Positions 1 to 11,158 of a stretch of DNA of 64,000 nt are shown in pieces. Under the pieces are notes generated by a model. That model did not search any database, had not been told where the DNA came from, and was given only the letters and a program-made list of their open reading frames with translations. Within the stretch, counting starts at the first letter, position 1. Each line of letters starts with the position of its first letter. Origin of the DNA: Octopus sinensis (Eukaryota); NCBI RefSeq assembly GCF_006345805.1, contig NC_042997.1, positions 188,294,001 through 188,358,000 on the forward strand, written 5' to 3'. Both the position numbers and the translations under genes were made by a program.

Positions 1-1262
1 TCTTGCCAGAACATGTTCCATGGACCGTGCATGTGCTCCTTCCCCCACACCTGCCCCACCTCCCTTTTCCCCTCACCTACCACTCCACTTCTCCAATGCA
101 CCATTTTCCGACCCCTCCACTTTGCACATCTTCCCTAACTGACCCCTCCCCTCCTTCAAATGAGCCCACAACATACGAGACCTCCTGGTCCACAGCTTCT
201 TCCCTAACCTAACCTCCCAACCCAGCTCGTTCCTCTGCTCCCGCCCACACTGCTGCACTTGACCTTACCTCTCCAACACCACCCTCCTCACAGGCACCCA
301 TCATCAACCCTATCATATCACCGACTCCTACACCTGCACTTCTAGCAACATTATCTACTGCATCTCCTACTCTCTCTGTCCTTCTCTATACATTGATCAA
401 ATGGGTCGCCGCTTGGCTGACTGGTTCGCAGAACACCTCCGAGACATCCGACTTGGCAACGGCCTCCTGGTCTCATGCCATTTCCGCTCTACCGGTCACT
501 CTTTACAACACCTGTCTGCGTTCGGATTGTCCTTGCACAGGGGCCATCCGGACTCCCATCTTTGCCATGAGCAGAGATTGATCTTCTCTCTTTGCTCCTT
601 TACACCGCATGGGCTCAACTCTCTTCCTCTCTCCTCTCACACCTACTTCCTCCCACCACCTCTCCTCTCTTGCTCTAGCACCTACTTCCTCTTCACTCCT
701 ACCCACCTTCTCCCTTCCACCCTCTCCCTCGTTACCCCACCCCTGCACATTCCAACCCCACCATCCCTATACATCCCATCCCACCCCATCGCTTAGACCC
801 ACCCTTGCTTTTCCCACACCACACCACCCTGCACACACTAGCACTGACCACTTTCCAGCACCCACACCAGTGCACACACTAGCACTGACCACTTCCCAGT
901 ATTTACACCAACATGCGCACACGCAAATGTCAAGGTCACCAGCCCCCTCCCACGTGCACATATGCACTCTCACATACACACACGCATGCACCTTCGTTTT
1001 GGGATCACCACTACTTTATTATTTCCCCTTCTTCCTAGCTCTCCTGTGTGACCCCTCTGTCCAGCCTTTGCCATGATAGATCGCTAGCCACTAAACCTTT
1101 TTCTATTTTCTCTCCCTGTTTATTTCTGTGTTCCTTTCTGTCAAAGAGCGTAGGCGTGAAACGTAAAAGATTTTCTCACTTCCCAAGCGTTAAACTAATA
1201 CATCTGTTTGTTGTTTACACACCTGTCTTCGTCTTTTGTTTTTTTGTAAATCATATATACAT
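1..1262 (+). mobile_element. Penelope-like retroelement, 3' portion (GIY-YIG endonuclease relic, C-rich tract, pseudo-LTR)
   Basis: The frame from 335 reads CTSSNIIYCISYSLCPSLYIDQMGRRLADWFAEHLRDIR...GHSLQHL...EQRLIFSL...PHGLN, a typical Penelope GIY-YIG C-terminus. The terminal segment at about 990-1262 recurs at 41040-41330, 28853-29610 and 58405-58590. Confidence 0.85.
335..620 (+). pseudogene. GIY-YIG endonuclease domain relic of a Penelope-like element
   Basis: Contains IYCI..S.C...YI.Q.GR, the R/W.AEH motif and E..LI..L....P.GLN. The conserved YIG is mutated to YID. Confidence 0.8.
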
Positions 1263-1349
1263 ATATTTTGTAAAATATATATACATACATGTAATTTAAC
1301 AACTTCACCAATGTACTACTCTGGCCTACTTCTTTATTTACCAACCCTG

Positions 1350-1490
1350 AAATGATGAAAGGAAGAGCAAGATCCTGTTCAATATTGAACAGACAAAAAT
1401 CTTGAAGACGTGAGTTCCTTTAAATACCTGGATCCTCTTTGAGCAAGGATGGTAGCTCAATTAAGGAGATTAAAACCTAAATTCATCTTT
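1350..1490 (+). mobile_element. Degraded RTE-type LINE reverse-transcriptase fragment
   Basis: With a frameshift it reads LEDVSSFKYL(G)S..SKDGSSIKEIK....ALSAMTKLNALWN, matching the V..FKYLG...EI..RI..A..A...L..LW block. Confidence 0.6.
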
Positions 1491-2020
1491 GCCTTATCTG
1501 CCATGACAAAACTGAATGCTTTATGGAATTCAGTTTTCCCACGAAGCTCTTTGGTAGGTGGTGGTCCAGTCCAGATTGTCACTCAGCAGCTGGTTGTTGT
1601 ATTGTTTAACGTTTCCAATAACTTGTAACTAATTATGTATATTTATCTTCTCTGTTTAGTTTCCATTGTGTAGTGTTGCAGAGGAGTATTGTCAACCAAA
1701 TTACTAACCCGACAGGTAACAGATGGTGTTTACTTCGGTAGTAATTCTGCCTGTTAACGAATGGTGTGTGAGACCTTATCATTGTCTATTTGATGCAAAA
1801 CTAATATATATTGTAACCGTAATGCTGGAATACATTTATTACATGTTAATTGTAAGTGTGGTTCTTATATCATGAGACTAGAGTTCTAATGAGGACAAGA
1901 TCCAGTTGTCAAACCTTTTAGGGCTAAAAAGTAGGGTGTTTCCTGAGATTTATCATGAAAAAATTGATACGTATGAGCCTAGAAATATGGTTCACATACA
2001 TGTATAAACACACACACATG

Positions 2021-2440
2021 GGGGTTATCCCGAAAGTAATGCAGAAATGGGTATAATGTTTTAACTAGTATAGGTCATTGAATTAGCAGAGTAACTCTTC
2101 TATCACTATCAACATAGTTTCCATCACAAGTGATGTATTTGTGCCATTGCTGAACTCTTGAATATTTTTTGAAAAAGTTCAGGTTTTCACTGTTAGGCTT
2201 ACTTTTATGCAACCACTTTCACTTCATCTGTGTCATTAAATTGTTATCCCTGAAGATTATTCTTCATTGAACCAAACAGGTAGAGGCCACCAGATTTCGG
2301 CTGTACAGTAGATGGAAATAACTAGCCAACAAATTTTCTGATTGCCAGATTTGTTACCAAAGATATGTGAGGCCATGCATTGTCATGTGGATCTTCTCAG
2401 ATTCTTGTTCGACTTTTCCTTCTTTATAGCTTCTCATAAG
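2021..2440 (-). mobile_element. Mariner transposase 3' relic with terminal repeat
   Basis: The minus strand gives degraded DNAWPH...LFGSMKN.L.G..F...DEVK, the HDNARPH / YHLF region of DD34D transposases. A TIR-like ggggttatcccgaaagtaatg lies at about 2021. Confidence 0.6.
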
Positions 2441-2970
2441 CTTTTTAAGTATCTGAGTGTATCACTTGCTGTTAACAGTACAGCCACCTTCCTGAAAATC
2501 AAAAAGAATACTGTCCTTATTATCCCACTAAACAGTAACTATGACCTTCTGTGCTAATTACTGGCTCTTGTACATTGTGGGCTTTGCAGAAAGAGATGTG
2601 ATGCCATTCCATAGACTGAGTTTTTGTTACTGGAGTCATAAAGATACAGCTATGTTTCATCTCCCATCACCAGATTAGGCAAAATTTGTGTTTGTTTTCC
2701 ACAGATCAGAGCAAGCAAACTGCTAACATTCCCTCCTTCAAATTGAGAGTCAACTGCAGAAGCACTCACTTTCTCCACACCTTCTAGTTCCCAAAGTCTT
2801 TCACCATTTCACTTTAAAATAGGAAGAAAGCAGGTACCAATAATAAAGGACCAGGTAACTACAGGCCTTGGCTGCCTATATCAATGCAGTACCTTTAAAC
2901 AATGCTAAGGGAGATTTTGAAGAATGGTGTTTTCAGAGAAGAGTGATTGCTGCTTGATGTTTATTTTATA

Positions 2971-3230
2971 TCATCATCATCATCATCAGCAACAACATTT
3001 GATGTCCGTTCTTCATGCTAGCATGGATTGGATAGCTTAATAGGAACTGGCAAGGCTAGGGGCTACATCAGGTTCCATAATCTGTTTTGGCACAGTTTCT
3101 ACAGCAGGGAGCCCTTCTTAATGCCAGCCATTCTACAGAATATACTGGGTGCTTTTTATGTGGCACCATCACCAGTGTTTTTTTTTTTCTTTTTACATGG
3201 CACCAGTACCCACACCAATGCTTTTTACAT
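2971..3230 (-). mobile_element. Diverged RTE LINE 3' end with (GAT)n tail
   Basis: (cat)n tract followed by catgctagcatgg and the cccttcttaatgcca motif shared with the many other copies in the window. Confidence 0.65.
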
Positions 3231-3754
3231 GGAATCTTGGGTTTAGGATATCTTCATATACCTGATGAAAAAGAAAAAGTTTGTGTGATCGTTTGATGAC
3301 AGCTGAGGTGTCCTCTCACAGAACCAGAGGTTGTCACCAAATCAGCCCACTACTGTGCACAGTACTAACATGTGTGTTAGTCCTCTAATGAGATGTTTTA
3401 TAATATTTGTGACTGTCATGATTTTAGCCATTTTTTTCTTGGCTTTACTGGATGGATGCTATTTCTATCATAAAGTATTTTGCAGCATAGACTAGATCAG
3501 AGAGGTTGACCAACAGAACTACAGCAACCCCTCAACACTGTGTCAGTTTTTATTTAGAGTTACTACTCTCCAAGACTGTCTGTTTTCACTTCAGCTTGCA
3601 TCCCTTGTAGAATTCTTCACTTTCTTCTTGTCAGGTCCCCTTCATTGTGTTTCCCATTTTCTCATAAGACTCATATGGGTGCCCACACACATTGATATGA
3701 ATTAGTCATGCACAACCTTGTAGCTTTGAGACTTCAATGACATGCTTGTTTATA

Positions 3755-4006
3755 TTGTGGGATGACGTCAGCAGCTGGGGAGCTGACCGGAATGTGGGGC
3801 TGACCGGAAGAGGAAGGGGCAGGAGTGACACGCATGCAGGCAGGGGAGCATTGGGCTTTTTCGATTGGAGTAGCCGACGGCGCTGGACATGTGAGCGCTT
3901 CGAGAAGGTAAGGGAAAAGCAGCTGCTATTTTTAGCGTTCGGGTCGGACCACATGGAAGGGTGCGTTACCACCAGAGAGGTCTGTATCGACGAAGAGAAG
4001 GTAGGT
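3755..4006 (+). promoter_or_regulatory. CpG-rich promoter-like island with candidate first exon(s)
   Basis: CRE TGACGTCA at 3763-3770, two GCTGACCGGAA (ETS core CCGGAA) at 3782 and 3799, and ATTGG at 3850 and 3864. Consensus donors AAG|GTAAGG after 3907 and AAG|GTAGGT after 4000. CpG density is locally high. Confidence 0.5.
3953..4000 (+). CDS. Candidate first coding exon MEGCVTTREVCIDEEK (product unknown)
   Basis: ATG at 3953 is in frame to a phase-0 donor at 4000, inside the promoter-like island. No homolog recognised. Confidence 0.2.
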
Positions 4007-4289
4007 GTCTTTATTTCAAATCTCCCGCATACACCACATATATTTAGAATAACATTGTAGGGTAAGTGTGAGAGGTCAGATCTGGCAAGTTCAAAGATAA
4101 AACAGGTAGATTATTTTGGCCAGATTTGGTTGGTTTAAATGTTAAAGGGTTAATGTAGACATTTCATTTCATTTTGACTAAATGAATTCCTGAAAGGAGA
4201 AGAGAGTTAAGTTCACAGTATACTGATGTGTTGCATCATTGACGCTGAAAGACAAGAGAGGAGCTTACCGTAGATAGGTAGGTTACTCT

Positions 4290-4500
4290 ATTTGAATTAA
4301 TCCTTTCTACGATAGACACAAGGACTGAAATTTCAGGGGTGGGTTAGTTGATTACATTGACCTCAGTGATCAACTGGTGCTTATTTTATAAACCCCAAAA
4401 GGATGAGAGGCAGAGTCAACCTCAGCGGAATTTGTACTCAAAATATAAAGATGGCTGAAACACTACGAAGCATTTTGTCCAGCATACTAAGAATTATGTA
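4290..4500 (-). mobile_element. Diverged tRNA-derived SINE (family A, ggcgagctggcagaa head)
   Basis: Reverse complement of the gttcaaattccgccgaggtcgactttgcctttcatcc body seen in many copies. Confidence 0.65.
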
Positions 4501-5007
4501 GGCTTGTTACATAAGGATGAAATCCTAGAAGTGGAATAGGTGTTTAATAAAACAGTGGGTTGCAGTCTGGACACGAAAGGAGTATGAGAGGAACTTACAG
4601 TAGACAAAAAGACTGTGTCCTAGACAGAAGAGAAGGAGAGAAGCTAACAGCAGACAGGTTACAGTAATTGGATAATGGGAGCTTGTTTTGACTGCATGAA
4701 TACCTTGAAATGGAGGAATTTACAGTTGGATAGGTAGTTGTGGTAATTCAAGTCATGGCAGATGGTTGAACTACAAGTGAGGGTGGGTTGACCCACCACA
4801 CTGTTTGGACATGTTTCCAAGATGGTGTTTAAACTGTAATTTATACTCTTTAAGCAGTATCTTCTTACTGTTTCGTATCTAGTCTCGTAAAATCCTGCTT
4901 GGCAAATAATGTATTGCACACTCATTTGAACAGCAGGTAAATGGTTCAACATGGTTGTTCGAACTGCTAGATATAGCAGCCAGATCTCCATGAGGACTAT
5001 ATATATA

Positions 5008-5402
5008 TACTAGCAGTATTGCCTGGCGTTGCTCGGGTCTGTTTCGACCCTTTAGAATTGGAATTTTTGAAAAGTAAAAATTTGAATTCTGTAGCTTGTT
5101 ATTCTCTTTAAGTGAACATTTTCCTGGTTGAAATACACCGAAAAATGGCGACACAGCAGTCAAAAAATCGTAAAAAATAGGGATTTTCATATTAAAAAAA
5201 AAGTACCTTTTTGATGTAAATAATTTTTGGTGTTAACATAGTCCAATTTGAATTTTTTCTTCTACGGAAGCAAGAGCAAGCCTTCTATTATACTCTCAAT
5301 TTTGGTCAACTTGCACCGCAGGATCTTGGAGGAGATAGTGTTAGTTGAAGGCTACCAAACCTACCATACACAGACAACTTCAATAGAGAGAGATTATAGA
5401 TA
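5008..5402 (+). mobile_element. Non-autonomous Helitron-like (HINE/Lep1-type) element, copy 1
   Basis: Starts ACTAGC...GCCTGGCGTTGCTCGGG and ends ...ATAGAT, with no TIR or TSD. Homologous copies at 18848-19336 and 48741-49098. The class assignment is inferred from terminal motifs. Confidence 0.6.
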
Positions 5403-6375
5403 GACAGAGAGAGAAGGGAAGAGAGGAGGAAAGGCGAGAAATAGAGACAAAAAATATAAAATTTCTTCGGAGTAGAGAATTCCCAACGTTTTAGACAAAG
5501 TTCTTTGGGGAGTGAGAAAGTTTTCCATCGTCCCTAGTCTATGAGAATGTGGACAGAGTACAGAAAATGGCAGACAAATAATCAGGGGATAGTGACGTTG
5601 CCAGAGGCCAAATAGTAAGTGAGAGAAAGGAGGAAGAAATTTAGGGAGAAGATGAGAATGGAGAAGGAGAAATGATAAAAGTAGTAAGGAGAGAGAGAAA
5701 AAAAAGGGGGAGAAAGGGTGGGGGAAGAATTATTGGTCCAGTTAAAGAATATTGTCAACATTGCTTCATGTTGACCTAAACACAGAAATAGTGTCATCCG
5801 TCAGTTGTTCAGAACAGGGTAAGGCTTACCTTTCTAAGGCTGGCTTAACTTCACATCTCGTGTTCATGCAGTTGACTCAAGTGGTACAAAGATCATTCCA
5901 TCAAATGCGCTGAAAGCGCGAGGTTCATAGTTAAAGGAGTCGGGTGAACTGTAGCTTCACCAGTGGCCTCTGCTTTTCTTGTTTCAATAGCATTTTAACT
6001 GTTTTAATCAGTAAAGATTGTACGCAACAATTCTGCAATATTGGTTGTTTAAAATTCATCCAGTTCTCTTCAAAAAATGGCCAAATATTATAAGTTACCT
6101 ACTATAATACACATTAAATGTACCTGACTGATCTAAGCACTACCGTTGTGACATCACTTAGACATTGATTATTTTACAGGATTTAACATGGTGTCAAATA
6201 TACTATAACGACACCATTTACTTGAAATGGATTTACTTATTGTATGTATAATATTATATTGTAATAAAGTACGCTATTGGTATTTTCTTTCATTTGTCAA
6301 TTTTGTCTTGCTTCTCGAGATTATTGGTCTTGAAACAGCGTATCTATTTTGACGCTGCTAATGGACCATATCTGC

Positions 6376-6660
6376 GATACTACCTAAGAAGATTGGTCCC
6401 GGTCCACGCACTCGCGCTAGCTAGTCGTGACCAGTCGATCCTACAACGACTACCTAGCAAAGTAAATAAAACACAAAATAAATAATTTTTTTACTCAAAG
6501 TAAATAATTTTTTTAAAACACAGTAAATAAAACACAACGTAAATAATTTTTTAAACAAAGTAAACAAAACACAAAGTAAGGATCGACTAGTGACGACTAG
6601 CTAGCGCGGATGCGCGAGTACGCGAGTGCGCGCACCGGGACCACTCTTCTTAAATAGTAC
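6376..6660. mobile_element. Mutator-like MITE with long TIRs and a 10-bp target-site duplication
   Basis: Imperfect TIRs at 6376-6441 and 6580-6660 with G...C termini. Exact flanking direct repeat CCATATCTGC at 6366-6375 and 6661-6670. Confidence 0.8.
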
Positions 6661-7352
6661 CCATATCTGCTATATGCTTCTCTAGAATCAGCCAGTGTAT
6701 AGTGCCACCTCCCATTGCACATTTTGACCTGGGTATACTCCCTTAATAAGTCTTCATTTGATCTCTAAACTCTTACACCGTATTCTCTTGCAGAATAGTT
6801 GTTGTAGGATTTAGTGTATGCTACCACCTTCAGCTTAAAACCAGCTTCATATTTCCTTTGTTTATCTTGGAGTCATAAGGGGCTTTTACGGGTTAATATA
6901 GGGCGTTACGTCTATCAGAAAATCAAAAAAAAAATGTGTGTAATAGGTGTAAAACAATTTACGTTCACCCAGTACTGCATCGTATGAAAGAGTAAGAACT
7001 TGAGCCTTTTCAAGTTACCGGTAACTGTAAGGTTTATTGTGATTAGTCTGACTGACATGAACAGACCAGTCACAGAAGGTACTGGTACATGCTGCTAATC
7101 TGCCAAAACAGGTAGATTAGTTACCGTAAACTACACTTGTCCTGAACGCCCTCGGCTGACTGAGCACTGTATGAGAGAGCGCTTTAACAAGGCAGTGTAA
7201 ACAGAACAGACCTTGAGACCTGGCTGAATAGGCTGATTGTTTACATTTTCTGTTCATCAGAGGTTGCAAATAGCGACTGGTGTTTGTCCGCTAAGTTTAC
7301 TATGCTGTTATTTTGATATAATCTTACTAATAATGCAGCTTCTCAAACATAC

Positions 7353-7510
7353 GTGTAAGTATCAGTAGAAAATAATGAGTTGTAGAACCAAAGGATCTAT
7401 ATGAGTGTTTTACGGTGTTTTCCATCGATAAGTGTAAGTGTCAGTTGAAAATACGGCACTGAAGAACCATAGGGTCTATGGGAGTGCTTTACACTGTTCT
7501 CCATTGACAT
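7353..7510. repeat. Two-copy 79-bp tandem duplication (about 80% identity)
   Basis: gtgtaagt.tcagt.gaaaata...agaacca.agg.tctat..gagtg.tttac..tgtt.tccat.ga occurs at 7353 and 7432. Confidence 0.75.
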
Positions 7511-7762
7511 TGGTGCTATTCTAAAGCACAGAAAGTTAAGGTTCAAATTTTACATGGGGTAAATAAGACGAGCCCTTAGTTTTAGGGTGATTTCTTTTAA
7601 AGTTCAAATCCCATCCTGTACGCCAGACTGGCATATACGGTACTTGCATTGTAAGTATTACAAATTTCAAACAGTTCTTGAGATTCAAAAGCCTCTTATG
7701 TGCTCAGGCATAAACAAAAAAGCACATCAAATAAAAAATGGTCAAGCTGTGAATAGGGGTAG

Positions 7763-7809
<47 letters not shown>

Positions 7810-7811
<2 letters not shown>

Positions 7812-8040
7812 ACTTGTTTCAGTCAGTTGACTGCAGCCATGCTGGAGCACCGCTTTTAGTCCAACAAATAGACCTCAGGACTTATTCTTTGTAAGCCCTG
7901 TACTTATTCTATCGGCCTCTTTTGTTGAACCACTTGGTTACGAGGATGTAAACACACCAACATCGGCTGTCTAGCGATGGTGGAACGACAAACACAGACA
8001 CACGCGCACACACACACATACGCATGTATATACACACATG
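7810..8040 (-). mobile_element. SINE family B (OK-like, CORE-like domain), 3' half
   Basis: cttgtttcagtca.ttgactgc.gccatgctggagcac...acaaacacagacac, shared with the full copies at 19425, 40545, 53170 and 55985. Confidence 0.75.
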
Positions 8041-8571
8041 CACGAAAGTTCAGAATCTATGGGTGGCTTATGTGCCTGCATGTACATGCACATACAGGTA
8101 GAAGATGCACAGAAACATATAACTGTGTGGGTCACATATACTCATAGACAATGCATTATGTGCTGTGGAAGCACTTGTGTGCATGCATATACATACACTG
8201 CACTTTACAGTTTCATGTTAATCATTGATGTGTATACATATGACACCTACAATCAAGAGAAGAAATATTCACTCAAACATAAAACAGATGCTACACGGGC
8301 AAATATGATGCATTGCTCTTTATTTTCTGGATTGTGATGCTTTGTGGTGAGTGGAAATACTGAACACCATGAGGAAGTTAATGAAGTGACCAAAAGGTTT
8401 TGAAGTAAGGGACTACCAATTGGTCTGGAATTCATTGGAGAACATTGTGAAAATCCTCACAAAGGGTAGGTGGAGGATCACCAAGGCAGCTGCTGTTTCA
8501 CCAACATAGCATTATAAGCATCATATGCTAATTCTACAGTGCCATTTATGTTGCAGATGTGCAGATGAAGG

Positions 8572-8985
8572 TGGCGAGCTGGTTGAAACGTTAGCACACC
8601 AGGCGAAGTGCTTAGCGGTATTTCGTCTGCCATTACGTTCTGAGTTCAAATTCCGCCGAGGTCGACTTTGCCTTTCATCCTTTCAGGGTTGATAAATTAA
8701 GAACTACTTACGCACTGGGGTCGATGTAATCGACTTAATCCATTTGTCTGTCCTTGTTTGTCCTCTCTGTGTTTAGCCCCTTGTGGGTAGTAAAAAAATA
8801 GGTATTTTGTCTGCCTTTATGTTCTGAGTTCAAATTCCGCCGAGGTTGACTTTGCCTTTCATCCTTTTGGGGTTGATAAATTAAGTACCAGTTATGCACT
8901 GGGGTCGATGTAATCAACTTAATCCATTTGTCGGTTCTTGTTTGTCCCCTCTATGTTTAACCCCTTGTGGGTAATAAAGAAATAA
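8572..8985 (+). mobile_element. SINE family A, head plus two tandem bodies
   Basis: A-box-like ggcgagctgg head and B-box GTTCAAATT. The body is repeated after the aaaataggtatt junction at about 8796. Confidence 0.85.
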
Positions 8986-9019
8986 GATGTACAGGTGAAG
9001 TTTTGAATGATTTTACACT

Positions 9020-9200
9020 GGGATATGGTGCAACTGTGTGGTAAGAAGTTTTCTTCCTAACCACATGGTTCTGGGTTCAGTTCCACTGCATGGAACCTGG
9101 GACAAATGTCTCCTACTATAGCCCTAGGCCAACCAAAAGTTTGTGAGTGGATTTGATAGACTGAGGCTGAAAGAAACTTGTGTGCGTGTGTGTATTGCTG
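9020..9200 (+). mobile_element. SINE family B, 5' half (tRNA-like head and CORE-like segment)
   Basis: ctgtgtggtaag...ggttctgggttcagttccactg...tcctactatagcc. Confidence 0.7.
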
Positions 9201-9914
9201 GTCCCCTTGCTAAAGAGAATTAGCCTGCAAGAACCCTATGCCTGTGCCTCATAAAAAATACCTGGCACACGCTGTAGAGTGGTTGGCATTAGGAAGGGCG
9301 TCAGCTGCAGAAACCAAACCAAATTAGACTGGGATCTGGTGCAACTCTCCTGCTTGCCAGCTCTAATCAAACCACCCAACCCATATCTGCATGGAAAATG
9401 GATGTTAATGATGGTGATGATGATGATGGTGGTGGTGGTGTGTGTGTGTGTGTGTGTGTTAAAAGGGAAAAAGAGGTAGTCAGGATTTGATGGAAACTAT
9501 TTCTGACTTTTCCTCCAACTTTCACTTAGAACAACTCTCAGTAGTACTTTATTGGGATAACTGATTAAACTGATGGTTCTGTAATTCTAGCAGAGCATTA
9601 TGTTATCATTGGGTCCATTTTGTTATATCACTACATTTTTCCCATAGCCACTGAGAGATGGTTGTTAGTATTTGGATGAATTCTGGGATCTAGTTTTTCT
9701 CATTTGCAAAATAGGCATTTTTTAAAAGACAGTAAAAAATCTGAAAATCAGCTATAATGATATAGTTTTCCAGTCTAATTGCTATGAAGGTATATTGTGG
9801 AGAAAAAAATTGGAGGAAAAAGTTACAGAGGTTTAAAAATCAAAAAAAAAAACTGCGTATTTTTAGCCAATAGTAAGACAGAAATTTTTTGTGTTTAGCA
9901 GAGTGGAGTCAACT

Positions 9915-9979
9915 TTAAGGTTGTATCCTGTGAAATTTATAGTTTAGCATCTGTGAAATGACCTCTTCATTGTAGGCTT
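9915..9979 (-). CDS. Candidate terminal coding exon (E)AYNEEVISQMLNYKFHRIQP* (product unknown)
   Basis: Good acceptor tttatttctgttcattcag. Its phase-1 start joins in frame with the candidate exon at 10896-10940. No homolog recognised. Confidence 0.25.
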
Positions 9980-10310
9980 CTGAATGAACAGAAATAAAGT
10001 CAATAAAATCAATATGTATCATCTTACTCTTTCTTTTACCTCTTCATTGATTGTATGTTTTTATTATTTTTTTAAGATTTGTTATATTACTATATTTGTC
10101 TGCATGTGTTTACTTTATGCATATTTCAGTGTTATGCATACCTGTCATGTATTTATGTACATCATTGGTGTGTGTGTGTGTGCATGCATGTGAAAAGGGG
10201 AGTCTGTCTCCAAAACTTCAAAGTTGAGTAACATTTTCATGCTTGGATTTGTAAACTACAATAACACTGGCCAACAAAAAATTTGTCCCAAGAAAAAGGA
10301 ATACCTGTAT

Positions 10311-10812
10311 CATCATCCTCCTCATCATCATCATCGTTTAATGTCCACTTTCTATGCTAGCATGGATTGAACGATTTGACTGGGGACTGGCAAACCAGAT
10401 GGCTGCACCAGGCTCCAATCTGATCTGGCAATGTTTCTACAGCCTGATGCTCTTCCTAATGCCAACCACTCCAAGAGTGTAGTGGGTGCTTTTACATGCC
10501 ACTGGCACGAGGGCCAGTCAGGCGGTACTGGCAACGGCCATGCTCAAGTTGTTTTTTTTTACATGCCACCTGCACAAGAGCTAGTCCAGCAGCACTGGCA
10601 ACGACCTTGCTCGAATGCTTTTTCACGTGCCACCGGCACAAGTGCCAGTAAGGCAACGCTGGTAATGATGACGTTTGAATGGTGTTTTTTACGTGCCACC
10701 GGCACGGAAGCCAGTTGGCTGCTCTGGCAGCAATCGCACTTGGATGGTGCTCTTAGCGCTCCACTGGCACGGGTGCCAGTCATCGAATTTGCGAATTTGA
10801 TTTGATTTCGAA
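10311..10812 (-). mobile_element. RTE LINE 3' UTR fragment with (GAT)n tail
   Basis: (cat)n, gtttaatgtcc, ggatgc.cttcctaatgccaaccactcc and repeated gtgccaccggcac modules. Confidence 0.85.
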
Positions 10813-10895
10813 TTCGCAAATTCAATGGTGTTTTTGCTTGTAGAATTAAAAGATAATGTCAAATTATCTGTACTAAGTTCACATATTCCATTCAC

Positions 10896-10940
10896 CTTCA
10901 TAATGCCAAGAAACTGTATAAACATCACAATCAACTTTTG
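10896..10940 (-). CDS. Candidate 45-nt phase 1-1 exon KVDCDVYTVSWHYE
   Basis: Acceptor tttttcatatatag and donor G|GTGAAT, with an open frame between them. Confidence 0.25.
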
Positions 10941-11108
10941 CTATATATGAAAAATATGTAAAATATTAAGACAATTGACGAAAAATATCTATAATAAAAT
11001 TCTAATTGATAAATATAAATTTTTATTAAAACAAAACACACGGGTGAAGTAAATCTTGTGGTGTAAAGAATCAACACAACAATCTAGTGAAACACAACAC
11101 AACGTGTG

Positions 11109-11158
11109 GTTGTCATGGTTACAAGCTGTTAATGACTCACTGTCTGTTGATTGGCCAA
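11109..11158. promoter_or_regulatory. Compact RFX X-box / AP-1 / CCAAT motif cluster
   Basis: GTTGTCATGGTTAC at 11109-11122 (reverse complement GTAACCATGACAAC), TGACTCA at 11133-11139 and GATTGG at 11149-11154. Confidence 0.4.

Noticed and set aside
4659-4991. 110-aa minus-strand ORF
   Set aside because: No recognisable domain or convincing splice boundaries; consistent with a chance ORF.
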